Positions 56,172-64,000 of a stretch of DNA of 64,000 nucleotides are shown here, piece after piece. The notes beneath the pieces were generated by a model. The model saw only the letters and a program-made list of their open reading frames with translations. It was not told the origin of the DNA and did not search any database. Where the stretch lies: positions 1 through 64,000 of the IMG/VR virus record IMGVR_UViG_3300035696_000020. The stretch is one strand, 5' to 3'. Source of the stretch: a virus. A program made the translations under genes and the position numbers. The first letter of the stretch is position 1. Each line of letters starts with the position of its first letter.

Positions 56172-56249
56172 AGGGGTGTAGCTTAGCCTGTTCCAAAGCA
56201 CTCGTCTCCAAAACGAGGATCGTGGGTTAAAATCCTACCACCCTTGCCA
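56172..56249 (+). tRNA. tRNA-Trp(CCA)
   Basis: CTCGT-CTCCAAA-ACGAG, GCCA. Confidence 0.88.
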
Positions 56250-56472
56250 AATCTGGGCGTTCACTTTCCATGTGGATTCATCGTCAAAGGGCTTGACAAA
56301 ACAAGGAAAATCTGCCTATAAAGGGAGACTGACTTGGTGGCCTTTCGCCCTCGGGGATTGGCAGGTTGGGGCCTCGCGCAGCGGGGCGGTCCCTGGTCTC
56401 ACCACGGACTGGGTTAATGTACCCAAAGTTGTCTATCGCGTTTCCTGAATAAAATCAACTAGTTGAGGTGCA

Positions 56473-56784
56473 ATGAGCACAAAGAAAAAGCTCACGGTTG
56501 CATTTAGGAATCTGCGTAAGGCCGGCTACTTCGCGGAAGCGCGTTTCGGCTGTTGTCAGGGCTGTGGCTGGGCTGCGGTCCCTGATGAAATGTGTGATAA
56601 CGCAGTCTTTTACCACGAACAGGATGCCGAAGAGCTGAAATATGTCGGCCACGTCCATCTGGCATGGTCAGGCAACGGCGCGGAGATCATGCGGCACCTA
56701 CGGGATGCGGGGCTTTATGTGGATTGGGATGGGGACCCTGCCAAGAGGATATGCGTTGGCGAGGTGCCGTTTACACGCCAATGA
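56473..56784 (+). CDS. Conserved-type hypothetical protein
   Basis: AF..L.K.G..A...F.CCQ.CG, VFYH.QD, GL.V.W.G....I; GAGG RBS. Confidence 0.75.
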   Translation: MSTKKKLTVAFRNLRKAGYFAEARFGCCQGCGWAAVPDEMCDNAVFYHEQDAEELKYVGHVHLAWSGNGAEIMRHLRDAGLYVDWDGDPAKRICVGEVPFTRQ

Positions 56785-56952
56785 CAGGTTACCTGGTCAG
56801 ACAATAGGCGTTCTCGAATTGCCCAAAAGAGGCAATTTTGTAATCCTTCACCAACTCGGGAAAGCGTTCGGTGTAAATCTCTCGCTCATAGGATGACGGC
56901 CAGACCATGTATTTCTTGCCGTCAATTCCAGTGCGATATTCGTAGCTGAACA

Positions 56953-57177
56953 TTAGGCTTCCTCCCAACTCGACAACAAGCCCAACACTTCCTCGTCTGA
57001 TAAGACGTGCTTCTCGTGCAACATCTCCACAAGTTTGCCCAAGAACTCAGCGGTATTAGAGGCCGTGTATTGTGCAGCCTCTAGGGCTCCACGTTCATAA
57101 TCGTGGCCGTCGCATTCACGTTCGACTGCCGTAGATAAATCCACCGGCCGACTGCATTTGTAAGACTTGAGTTTCAT
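56953..57177 (-). CDS. Hypothetical protein
   Basis: AGGAG RBS. Confidence 0.6.
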   Translation of the reverse strand: MKLKSYKCSRPVDLSTAVERECDGHDYERGALEAAQYTASNTAEFLGKLVEMLHEKHVLSDEEVLGLLSSWEEA

Positions 57178-57397
57178 TTCATTCTCCTGGCTTGCTCTAC
57201 CCCCACCACCCTACCGGAAAGAACAGGATGTCGTATTAGGTTCCGTTCGCTCTAAAGGCTTGCCACGCGGCAAGGGAAAATCCGCAGGCTATCACTAACC
57301 ACAGCCAAAAGAGTGATGTACTATAGGTTAATAAGCCAGCGGCAAGTATTAGAACTGTGCTGACACCAAAGAGAACGATCGTTGGGGATAGCATGGT

Positions 57398-57616
57398 TCA
57401 ATCGCCCGTTTTGATGCGGCTTTCGCTCAGAACACGTTCCTGTTCATCCCAAAAGGCTTGGTTCCAGCCTGCCACGAACCACTCACGTTCAAGCATGATG
57501 CTGTAATTCTTGATTGCGAAACGTTCAGCAGCCGCGTAGCTTGGAATTTCTCCGCTGTGGTAGGCGTGTTTGCCAGCCTTTTCCGCGTTCGCTAGGGTTT
57601 GGTTGGTCATCTTCAT
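57398..57616 (-). CDS. Hypothetical early protein
   Basis: GGAG RBS downstream of repeated promoter element. Confidence 0.6.
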   Translation of the reverse strand: MKMTNQTLANAEKAGKHAYHSGEIPSYAAAERFAIKNYSIMLEREWFVAGWNQAFWDEQERVLSESRIKTGD

Positions 57617-57651
57617 CTCCGTTCCCATCTACGAGTAACATAGAGACTGCT

Positions 57652-57680
57652 GGACGATTTGTCCAATCACGAAATGTTAC
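57652..57680 (-). promoter_or_regulatory. Repeated early-promoter/operator element, copy 3
   Basis: GGACGATTTGTCC + AATCACGAAATGTTAC. Confidence 0.65.
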
Positions 57681-57877
57681 AAACCGAATGATTTGGCGAT
57701 ACGTTCTGCCATCTCAATACCGCCTTGGTTGACACAAGCGACTGCTATCCGTACTTCGGTGTTGAAACGTCGCGATGATAGGTGGTCCAACGTCCCATGC
57801 TCCGAACGCATGTACCCTTCAATATGGCGAGGGTCGTAGGTAGGCGCGATTTGTTGGATTTGTTGGCGGTAGTTCAT
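57677..57877 (-). CDS. Hypothetical early protein
   Basis: GGAGGG RBS; DPRHIEGYMR.EHGTLDHLS...F..E. Confidence 0.65.
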   Translation of the reverse strand: MNYRQQIQQIAPTYDPRHIEGYMRSEHGTLDHLSSRRFNTEVRIAVACVNQGGIEMAERIAKSFGL

Positions 57878-57910
57878 GTTTAGCCCTCCGTTCCATCTAC
57901 ACAGAACATA

Positions 57911-57948
57911 AGACAAAACGTCCAAGACTACAAATCACGAAATGTTAC
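57911..57948 (-). promoter_or_regulatory. Repeated early-promoter/operator element, copy 4
   Basis: AGACAAAACGTCC + AATCACGAAATGTTAC. Confidence 0.65.
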
Positions 57949-58019
57949 AATAAAGTGCGGCCGCTATTACAACCTAATATTTTTTTCAACCCTTGCGTGC
58001 ATATAGATAAGAATAGACC

Positions 58020-58406
58020 ATGGCTAAAGGCTTCAAAACAGGTGGGCGTCAGAAGGGAAGTCCCAATAAGATCAAGGCTGTCTCGTCTGGCATGGATGAG
58101 GCAATCAACGAGGCATTTGAGGTCGCGAGTGCTAGTGACGAAACCCCATTGCAGTATATGCTAAGGATCATGCGGGACTCACGGGCTGCGGTCGGTCGCC
58201 GGGACAATATGGCAAAGGCGGCTGCGCAATACCTGCATCCCAAGCTCGTATCGACCGAAACCAAAGACATCACCGAGAAACCGCAGACCGTTGAAGACGC
58301 TTGGTCCCGTGTCTTTGCCCAGATCAACAAAATGGGTCTTCGGCCCGAGGACGTATTCCAGCGGCAGGGCGTAGTTGTGGACGAGGAACGGGGGACTGCG
58401 CACTAA
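58020..58406 (+). CDS. terS: Terminase small subunit (putative)
   Basis: KTGGRQKG.PNK, TPL.YML..MRD, R...AKAAAQY.HPKL; upstream of TerL. Confidence 0.7.
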   Translation: MAKGFKTGGRQKGSPNKIKAVSSGMDEAINEAFEVASASDETPLQYMLRIMRDSRAAVGRRDNMAKAAAQYLHPKLVSTETKDITEKPQTVEDAWSRVFAQINKMGLRPEDVFQRQGVVVDEERGTAH

Positions 58407-58638
58407 GGTTGACAACGCGGCGGGAATGTGGTCGAAGGAACTATGGAACCTGACGACCTCGCGCCTTCCCGTGGCATAGTGAACGGGCTCCTGATCTCGT
58501 CTGCACTCTGGCTGCTATTGGGCTGGGCGTTCTATGCGCTTTAACATCAACGTGGATTGCCCGGAACTGAGGCTTGGCTAGTCAGTCTTTTGGTAGTAGC
58601 GTTTGTCTTCTATGTCGTGACTCGATAGGGGATGGGAA

Positions 58639-58935
58639 GTGTCACGGTCGCACCGGAATGCGGGACTTAATCAGCTAGGACCGAAGCGCTGGGTTGAGGA
58701 CGGGCTAAAGCTCAAGCGCACCGGCATGAAGCAGCACCATGCCTTGGTTTCGCTCACTGGCGAGGATAAGGCTGCGATCGATGCATGGCGTAAGAGACAC
58801 GGGATAGTCTCGGTTGATTATGAGATCGCGAGACGGGAACTTATCACGCTGAAAAACGCATGGCACGCTGGGCGTCGCAAGGTCACTCCAAGCCTGCCTA
58901 AGTTGAATCTGCCACCGCTGTTGGATGAGCAGTGA
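58639..58935 (+). CDS. Hypothetical protein
   Basis: GGGA RBS, basic 98 aa. Confidence 0.5.
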   Translation: MSRSHRNAGLNQLGPKRWVEDGLKLKRTGMKQHHALVSLTGEDKAAIDAWRKRHGIVSVDYEIARRELITLKNAWHAGRRKVTPSLPKLNLPPLLDEQ

Positions 58936-59147
58936 GCACGTACACTGAACAAAACGCTAAACTGAGATTGTGCCCATTGCTCACTATTGCCAATCGGATG
59001 GCAGATGTCAATGCTGCATCAACGCCTTGTCTAGCCAGTGGTTGTATGATGTGGCGTTGGGATCGTTTCGCTAATAGGATGAGTTCGAGACGCGGAGAGG
59101 ACCGGATTGGTCGATGTGGCCTTTCTGGAGAAGATGAGGGAGACTAA
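58932..59147 (+). CDS. Cys-rich hypothetical protein
   Basis: CPL, CLAS.CM.WRW, G.CGL.G. Confidence 0.7.
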   Translation: MSTYTEQNAKLRLCPLLTIANRMADVNAASTPCLASGCMMWRWDRFANRMSSRRGEDRIGRCGLSGEDEGD

Positions 59148-59148
59148 C

Positions 59149-59364
59149 ATGAAATTCTCGATAATGGATCATAGCGGTCACAGTACCGAGGCGTTCGACA
59201 AGGCGTCGGCCGAATCCTTGGCTGCCGCCCAAGCTCGGTTCGATGAACTGATTGCCGAGGGTCGGACTGCCGCAGTACGGACTGGCGAAGGCTCTGGCCG
59301 AGTGATTAAGGCGTTCGAGCCGGCCGATGAGGTGCTGTTTATCCCGCGTCTCATGGGTGGCTGA
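59149..59364 (+). CDS. Small protein with ubiquitin/ThiS/MoaD-like C-terminal GG
   Basis: GAGGGAG RBS; 71 aa ending DEVLFIPRLMGG*. Confidence 0.7.
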   Translation: MKFSIMDHSGHSTEAFDKASAESLAAAQARFDELIAEGRTAAVRTGEGSGRVIKAFEPADEVLFIPRLMGG

Positions 59365-60429
59365 TTGCCTCTCAACGCTAGGGATATTGCGCTTCGGAGT
59401 GCGGAAGAGGCGTTCTATTCGGTCATTCGTAGTGCTGGGCAAGATCGTCCGCCGTACCTCGACCGCATTGATTATCATAGGAACCACGACAACGGTTCTC
59501 TAGCGTTTGAAGCGCGGTTCCACTCCTATGTAGGCCAATCTGTTCATTGGATGCTGTTTGAGAGATTGGACTACTCTCGGTTTGATCTTGGCGGGTATGT
59601 TCGTGAATGCCATTCGCTCTATTCCCGCCTATACGAAGATCACATGCTACAATTGGAGTTGCAACCAAGACGGGAGGCACTTGAGCGCCTATACCGGATA
59701 ATGGCGCCGGCCCATATGATCGAGAACGCCCGTGAGGACTATAGGCGATTTGAAGAGCACTTACGGCGGCATCACAGTTACGTGCGTCCTGGCTCAGTGT
59801 GGAATGACCCAAATCCGTACTACATCAACCGGACCATACGCGAGATCGAGCCGTTCCGACATGAAGGACCAAGCCAAGTATTCAGGGACGTAGAGGAAAC
59901 GCTACGTCGGTCTCGCAATGCAGTTGAAGCCCAAATGTTTATGGGCAGCGCGACGACCTCCACGACGGCAACCGAACAGCGGACGTTGACGGCTGACAGT
60001 GTACTCCGAGCGTATGAACGTTTTGCGTCCACTCCTAGCTCTTGGAACAATCTTGTAGCCTCAGACCTAACCGAAGCTAGTCTCCAGCGTCTACGTGACT
60101 ATGTTCTAGGCGACTATGCGCCTCAAAATACAGAGGCCGACAAAAAGGGCATCGAACTACTCAAATCCTGGCTGACACCTGACCAACTAGCCCAATACGA
60201 GAAGTCAAAGGCGTTCGAGGTCACAGGTTCGCACACTGGCAAGCGCTACCGAATCAAGCACGGTCGGCAGATGAACATCGAGGAACTTGACAAGAACGGG
60301 AAACGAGTTCAGGGTTTATGTGCACTGCCGATCGGGACGCTTGTGGCCGGCGATTGTGTTCTTGCCCAAAAGCTCGCGATCGAGACCAACGAGAAGCAAT
60401 TCCTAGAGGTTGCAAATAAGTTCGCATGA
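59365..60429 (+). CDS. Hypothetical protein, partner of the GG protein
   Basis: Abuts GG gene; C-terminal LL..WL...Q..QY.....F.V.GS.TG..YRI, LCALP, GD..LAQK.A.E..E..FL..AN. Confidence 0.7.
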   Translation: MPLNARDIALRSAEEAFYSVIRSAGQDRPPYLDRIDYHRNHDNGSLAFEARFHSYVGQSVHWMLFERLDYSRFDLGGYVRECHSLYSRLYEDHMLQLELQPRREALERLYRIMAPAHMIENAREDYRRFEEHLRRHHSYVRPGSVWNDPNPYYINRTIREIEPFRHEGPSQVFRDVEETLRRSRNAVEAQMFMGSATTSTTATEQRTLTADSVLRAYERFASTPSSWNNLVASDLTEASLQRLRDYVLGDYAPQNTEADKKGIELLKSWLTPDQLAQYEKSKAFEVTGSHTGKRYRIKHGRQMNIEELDKNGKRVQGLCALPIGTLVAGDCVLAQKLAIETNEKQFLEVANKFA

Positions 60430-60689
60430 GCATGTTGCAACGCGAGATAAACGGCCTAGTCTCTGAACTTGACTTCGCATCTAAAGATAAGGCGGAATCA
60501 CCACCAACCCGTGATTTGATGCGACGCGCGAAACAGTGCATTGAAGAGCTATTGGGCCACGAACGTAGGGCTAATGAAGTTGCTGATAGGCTGGCTAAAG
60601 TTTTAAGCCTGCAAGCCGAAGCCATTTGCTCCTGTGGCCAGATGCCAAAGTCTCGTTGCGATGGGGCAACGACGTGCCAATTGGGGTAA
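60426..60689 (+). CDS. Hypothetical protein
   Basis: ATGA-coupled ORF. Confidence 0.5.
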   Translation: MSMLQREINGLVSELDFASKDKAESPPTRDLMRRAKQCIEELLGHERRANEVADRLAKVLSLQAEAICSCGQMPKSRCDGATTCQLG

Positions 60690-60693
60690 TATG

Positions 60694-60915
60694 ATGGGAT
60701 GGGCAAGCGGGAGTCGTCTATTTAGTTCAGTGATCGAGGCCGTCAAGCAGACTCGATTGAACGAAACAGAGCGAGAGCATCTTTACGAAAAGCTAATTGA
60801 CGCCTTTGCGGACGCCGACTGGGACACGATGGATGAGTGTCTTGGCGAAGATAGCGCATACGACAAAGCCTATCGGGCGTGGTCAAAGGCACATGGATTT
60901 GACGAAGACGATTGA
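60694..60915 (+). CDS. Hypothetical protein
   Basis: MGWASGS.L...I....LI..F...DWDT..EC...D. Confidence 0.7.
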   Translation: MGWASGSRLFSSVIEAVKQTRLNETEREHLYEKLIDAFADADWDTMDECLGEDSAYDKAYRAWSKAHGFDEDD

Positions 60916-63900
60916 GCCTAATCCCATTTCTCTCTGGCAAGCATAACCCCTCCGATGTCCTGCTTCTCAATGAATACATTGCAGACGCGGAAACCGTAGA
61001 GAACAGGATAAGGTACGAGAACAGCCTAAGCGAGTTCGTAAAGGACGCTTGGCACGCGGTTGACCCGAGTACCTATCAAGAATCTTGGGTTATCGACGCG
61101 GTTTGCGACCACCTGATGGCAGTTTCCACAGGTGATATTAAGCGCTTGCTGGTGAATGTGCCCCCACGCACTGGCAAAACTACCGTGATTTCAATACTTT
61201 ATCCGATGTGGACATGGATACAGCCTAACGCAGACCCAGATGAAGACTTCCTACGTGGTCCGCATGTCCGGTTCCTGTGTGCGAGCTACGATCACTTCCT
61301 TGCCATGGACAACTCGAACAAATCTCGTCGGTTGGTCTATTCGCCTTGGTTCCAGAAATACTGGCCTGACCGGATACATCTACAGGTAGACCAAAACGCT
61401 AAGGCTAAATGGGACAATACGTTCGGAGGGTCGCGGCAGTCTACATCAGTTGCGGGTGGTCTGCTTGGTCGCGGCGGGGATGTTCTGATCGGGGATGATT
61501 TGAATGACACTCAGGTTGAGGGTGGCGAATCTGACGCAGATCGCAAGTCGGTAGCAACGTTCTGGCGTGAGTTCTCGACAACCCGCCTCAACAACCAGCG
61601 GCGCGGTGCGATAATCAACGTTCAACAGAGGACACATACTGGCGACGTTTCTGGTATCATCATGGGCGGTCAAGAGGATTACGTCCAGCTTGTCGTTCCG
61701 ATGCGCTATGATGCAACAAGGCATTGCGTAACCGTAGTTCTACCTCAGTACGATGACGATGAGCCCTGGCAGGACCCTAGGTCTGTCGAAGGCGAACTTA
61801 TGTGGCCTGAACGCTTCAATGATGAAGAGATCAGGCGCATGGAAATCGGCCTCGGCAAGTACATGGCAGCCGGCCGACTTCAACAGCGTCCGGTGCCTGC
61901 GGGCGGTGGCATCATTCAATGGGAGTGGTGGAAGCCGTGGGACCAGATCGAAGCAAGATCATATGGCTTGGAATGGGGTTCGCCGCCCTGTGAGGTCTGT
62001 AACGGCGAGAAGACATACACGACACCATCTGGCCGGCTAAGGCTCTGCCAGCACTGTCAAGGGACAGGTGAAGAGCCTGGGAAGATTCGCAAGGAGTTCC
62101 CGGATTTCGATCTGAGGTTTGCAAGCCTCGATACCGCGTTCGGAGAGAAGGAAGAGAACGACTACTCCGCGCTCACGGTTTGGGGCGTCTGGCTAGACAA
62201 GAACAAGAATCGACGCCTGATGCTGATGTATGCGTGGAATAAGCGATTACCATTGCACGGGAGACAGTTGTCTTTCGATCCTGGCACGTCCGGGGATAAG
62301 GTCCGCAAGGCCCAAGATCAGGAATGGGGACTCGTGGAGCTAGTCGCGGATACCTGCAAGCGGTACAAGGTCCACCGACTATTGATCGAGGATAAGTCGC
62401 GCGGGACCGACGTTTCGAACGAACTGCACCGATTGTATGCCCGTGAGAACTTCGGGATCATGATGATTAACCCAACACGGGATAAGGTCTCGCGGTGTCA
62501 CTCCGTTGTCCCGATGTTTGCGGACAACATGATTTACTGCCCTGAGACTGCGTGGTCGGACAAAGTTCGCGAGCAGATGTCTGAATTTCCTAAAGCAGAT
62601 CACGATGATCTGGTCGATTCATGCCTGACTGGCAGCACTGGCATTGTAACGACACGTGGTATCGTAAGTATTGCGGAAGTAATCTGTGGTGATCTTGTTC
62701 TAACCCATAAGGGTAGGTGGCGCAAAGTTCTTAGGACAGGCTCTAGGATTTCAGATCACTATTATAGAGTCAAGGCTAAGGGCTTAGATCAGATTGAGAT
62801 TACAGGCGAGCATCCGTTTCTAACGATGAGAGTGCGGTGCCCACAGACCGCTGGCAAAGAGTGTGTAGGGACTGCATGGAAAGCTACCAAAGAACTAGTC
62901 GCTAGGCCGACTTATGCCTTCCGCAGGAATGGCAAATTGGTACAATCTCAGCGGCGCGTTAATCACGACGCGCTTGTTATCCCAAGGCTTGCTGGTCAAG
63001 CCAAGGATAGGATTGATCTAGCGGAGGTCTGGGGTGACACTGTTACCCATGACGATCACAAGATTTATCATAAGCGCGCTCCGTTGGGTCGGTTCTCGTT
63101 TAGAGATGCTGAGAATATAATTCTTCTCGCGCAGCACCGTGAGCAAAAAGAAATTGCCGAAATGTACGGCGTTTCAACGGGTATGATATCCCTAATTGTC
63201 AAGGGTAAGGTCGGCCCTCTAAGAGAAAAGCAGCACCAAGATAGTGTTGGTAGATTTATCAGTCTTGATAGAGAGGCAGGATGGGTATTCGGACTCTATG
63301 CGGCAGAGGGTTGTGTAAGTAAACATTCCCAAGTGAAGTGGTCTTGTGATTACGAAGCGATCTCTAGAATCCAGACGTGGATAAATTCAACCTTCGGTAA
63401 AAGCGTTAAGATCACGAAAGGTAACGGTTGTTATTCAGTAGTTCTATCTTCCCTTCTCGTGACTCCAATTTTCATGGAGTTTGGCTATCTAGCCGAGAAT
63501 AAGATAGTGCCGCAATGGGCTCTAGATGCTCCGTTAGACTTCGTCCAGGGCTTTATTGATGGGTATTCTTACGGCGATGGGTGCGCGGTTGGGAACCGCA
63601 TTGCATTGACTTCTACATCTCAATCGTTGCTCTGGGGTGTTAGACTTATGCTGGCCAGATTAGGAATACCCTCTTGGTATCAGATCGATAAGGAAGAAGG
63701 CCCGCGCAAGGTATTTGGTCGAATGTCGGAGTGTCTAGAGGCATACCGGCTTGATTATGCTATCAAGGCGAAGCATAGCGGTGCCGTTGTGAGCGAAGAC
63801 TACATAGGCACTCATATCGAGAAGATTGAGCGCGTCAATGAGAAAGCGATCGTCTACAATCTATCAGTAGAAGAAGATGAGAGCTACGTTACGGTTGGCG

Positions 63901-64000
63901 GGACTGTGCACAACTGCACGCAAGCTCTCAACTGGTTCCGCGAATCTGGTCTAGTGTATCGTGCAGATGAGGCGACTGCGATGGAGGAAGAAGAGGCGAC
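60912..64000 (+). CDS. terL: Terminase large subunit with intein (3'-partial; absent from ORF track)
   Basis: TTG 60912; KRLLVNVPPRTGKT Walker A, GRGGDVLIGDD, TTRLN, QQR.H..D, SLDTAF..KEENDYSA, IEDK, FP...HDDLVD. Confidence 0.93.
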   Translation, partial: MSLIPFLSGKHNPSDVLLLNEYIADAETVENRIRYENSLSEFVKDAWHAVDPSTYQESWVIDAVCDHLMAVSTGDIKRLLVNVPPRTGKTTVISILYPMWTWIQPNADPDEDFLRGPHVRFLCASYDHFLAMDNSNKSRRLVYSPWFQKYWPDRIHLQVDQNAKAKWDNTFGGSRQSTSVAGGLLGRGGDVLIGDDLNDTQVEGGESDADRKSVATFWREFSTTRLNNQRRGAIINVQQRTHTGDVSGIIMGGQEDYVQLVVPMRYDATRHCVTVVLPQYDDDEPWQDPRSVEGELMWPERFNDEEIRRMEIGLGKYMAAGRLQQRPVPAGGGIIQWEWWKPWDQIEARSYGLEWGSPPCEVCNGEKTYTTPSGRLRLCQHCQGTGEEPGKIRKEFPDFDLRFASLDTAFGEKEENDYSALTVWGVWLDKNKNRRLMLMYAWNKRLPLHGRQLSFDPGTSGDKVRKAQDQEWGLVELVADTCKRYKVHRLLIEDKSRGTDVSNELHRLYARENFGIMMINPTRDKVSRCHSVVPMFADNMIYCPETAWSDKVREQMSEFPKADHDDLVDSCLTGSTGIVTTRGIVSIAEVICGDLVLTHKGRWRKVLRTGSRISDHYYRVKAKGLDQIEITGEHPFLTMRVRCPQTAGKECVGTAWKATKELVARPTYAFRRNGKLVQSQRRVNHDALVIPRLAGQAKDRIDLAEVWGDTVTHDDHKIYHKRAPLGRFSFRDAENIILLAQHREQKEIAEMYGVSTGMISLIVKGKVGPLREKQHQDSVGRFISLDREAGWVFGLYAAEGCVSKHSQVKWSCDYEAISRIQTWINSTFGKSVKITKGNGCYSVVLSSLLVTPIFMEFGYLAENKIVPQWALDAPLDFVQGFIDGYSYGDGCAVGNRIALTSTSQSLLWGVRLMLARLGIPSWYQIDKEEGPRKVFGRMSECLEAYRLDYAIKAKHSGAVVSEDYIGTHIEKIERVNEKAIVYNLSVEEDESYVTVGGTVHNCTQALNWFRESGLVYRADEATAMEEEEA
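62622..63914 (+). mobile_element. Intein with LAGLIDADG homing endonuclease (431 aa) in TerL
   Basis: DS|CLTGST, T.EHPF, VFGLYAAEG, FIDGYSYGDG, VYNLSVEEDESY....TVHN|C. Confidence 0.93.

Noticed and set aside
50700-56250. Short ORF-track entries across the tRNA array (e.g. 50714, 51722, 52170, 54516, 55244, 55809, 55996)
   Set aside because: They are shadow frames over tRNA genes with no RBS or protein motifs.
61446-62603. ORFs 61446-61724, 61753-62040, 61912-62124 and 62379-62603
   Set aside because: They lie within the TerL frame, which the track missed because it has no stop inside the window.
1-64000. CRISPR array, integrase or host chromosomal flank
   Set aside because: No regularly spaced repeats, recombinase motifs or housekeeping operons were seen. 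Lifestyle cannot be determined from this window.

Overview
A 64 kb piece of a tailed (podovirus-like) phage genome. The host is most likely an alphaproteobacterium of the Hyphomicrobiales: it carries GcrA, a Bradyrhizobium-type H-NS, an Omp25/RopB-type porin and an alpha-type two-piece tmRNA. Gene order: tail collar fibre, tail/stabilisation protein and DNA-ejection proteins (1-18.6 kb, interrupted by an island of small paralogous genes); leftward early genes; a phosphoesterase block and a multi-enzyme lysis block (21-29.8 kb); leftward recombination genes (ERF, YqaJ, H-NS); rightward replication genes (initiator, SF2 helicase, primase), TnpB, NusG, an AAA ATPase and a DHH enzyme; an RNA-rich region (46.9-56.4 kb); then TerS and an intein-containing TerL that runs off the right edge. 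The RNA region holds about 35 tRNAs covering all 20 amino acids, a permuted tmRNA whose coding piece is split by a homing-endonuclease ORF, and a candidate hammerhead ribozyme. The most novel-looking element is a self-contained cassette at 46.9-48.06 kb: an uncharacterised helical protein followed by a ~360 nt RNA made of two long stems, each capped by a circularly permuted tRNA mimic. This is Y-RNA/YrlA-like topology, but there is no Ro60 gene in the window. Other leads are a ubiquitin-like (-GG) protein paired with a Cys-containing partner, and about 20 xxGGxV motifs that delimit cargo domains (HiPIP-like, pyrophosphatase, S74) in the ejection proteins. All calls come from reading the sequence by eye; no searches were run.
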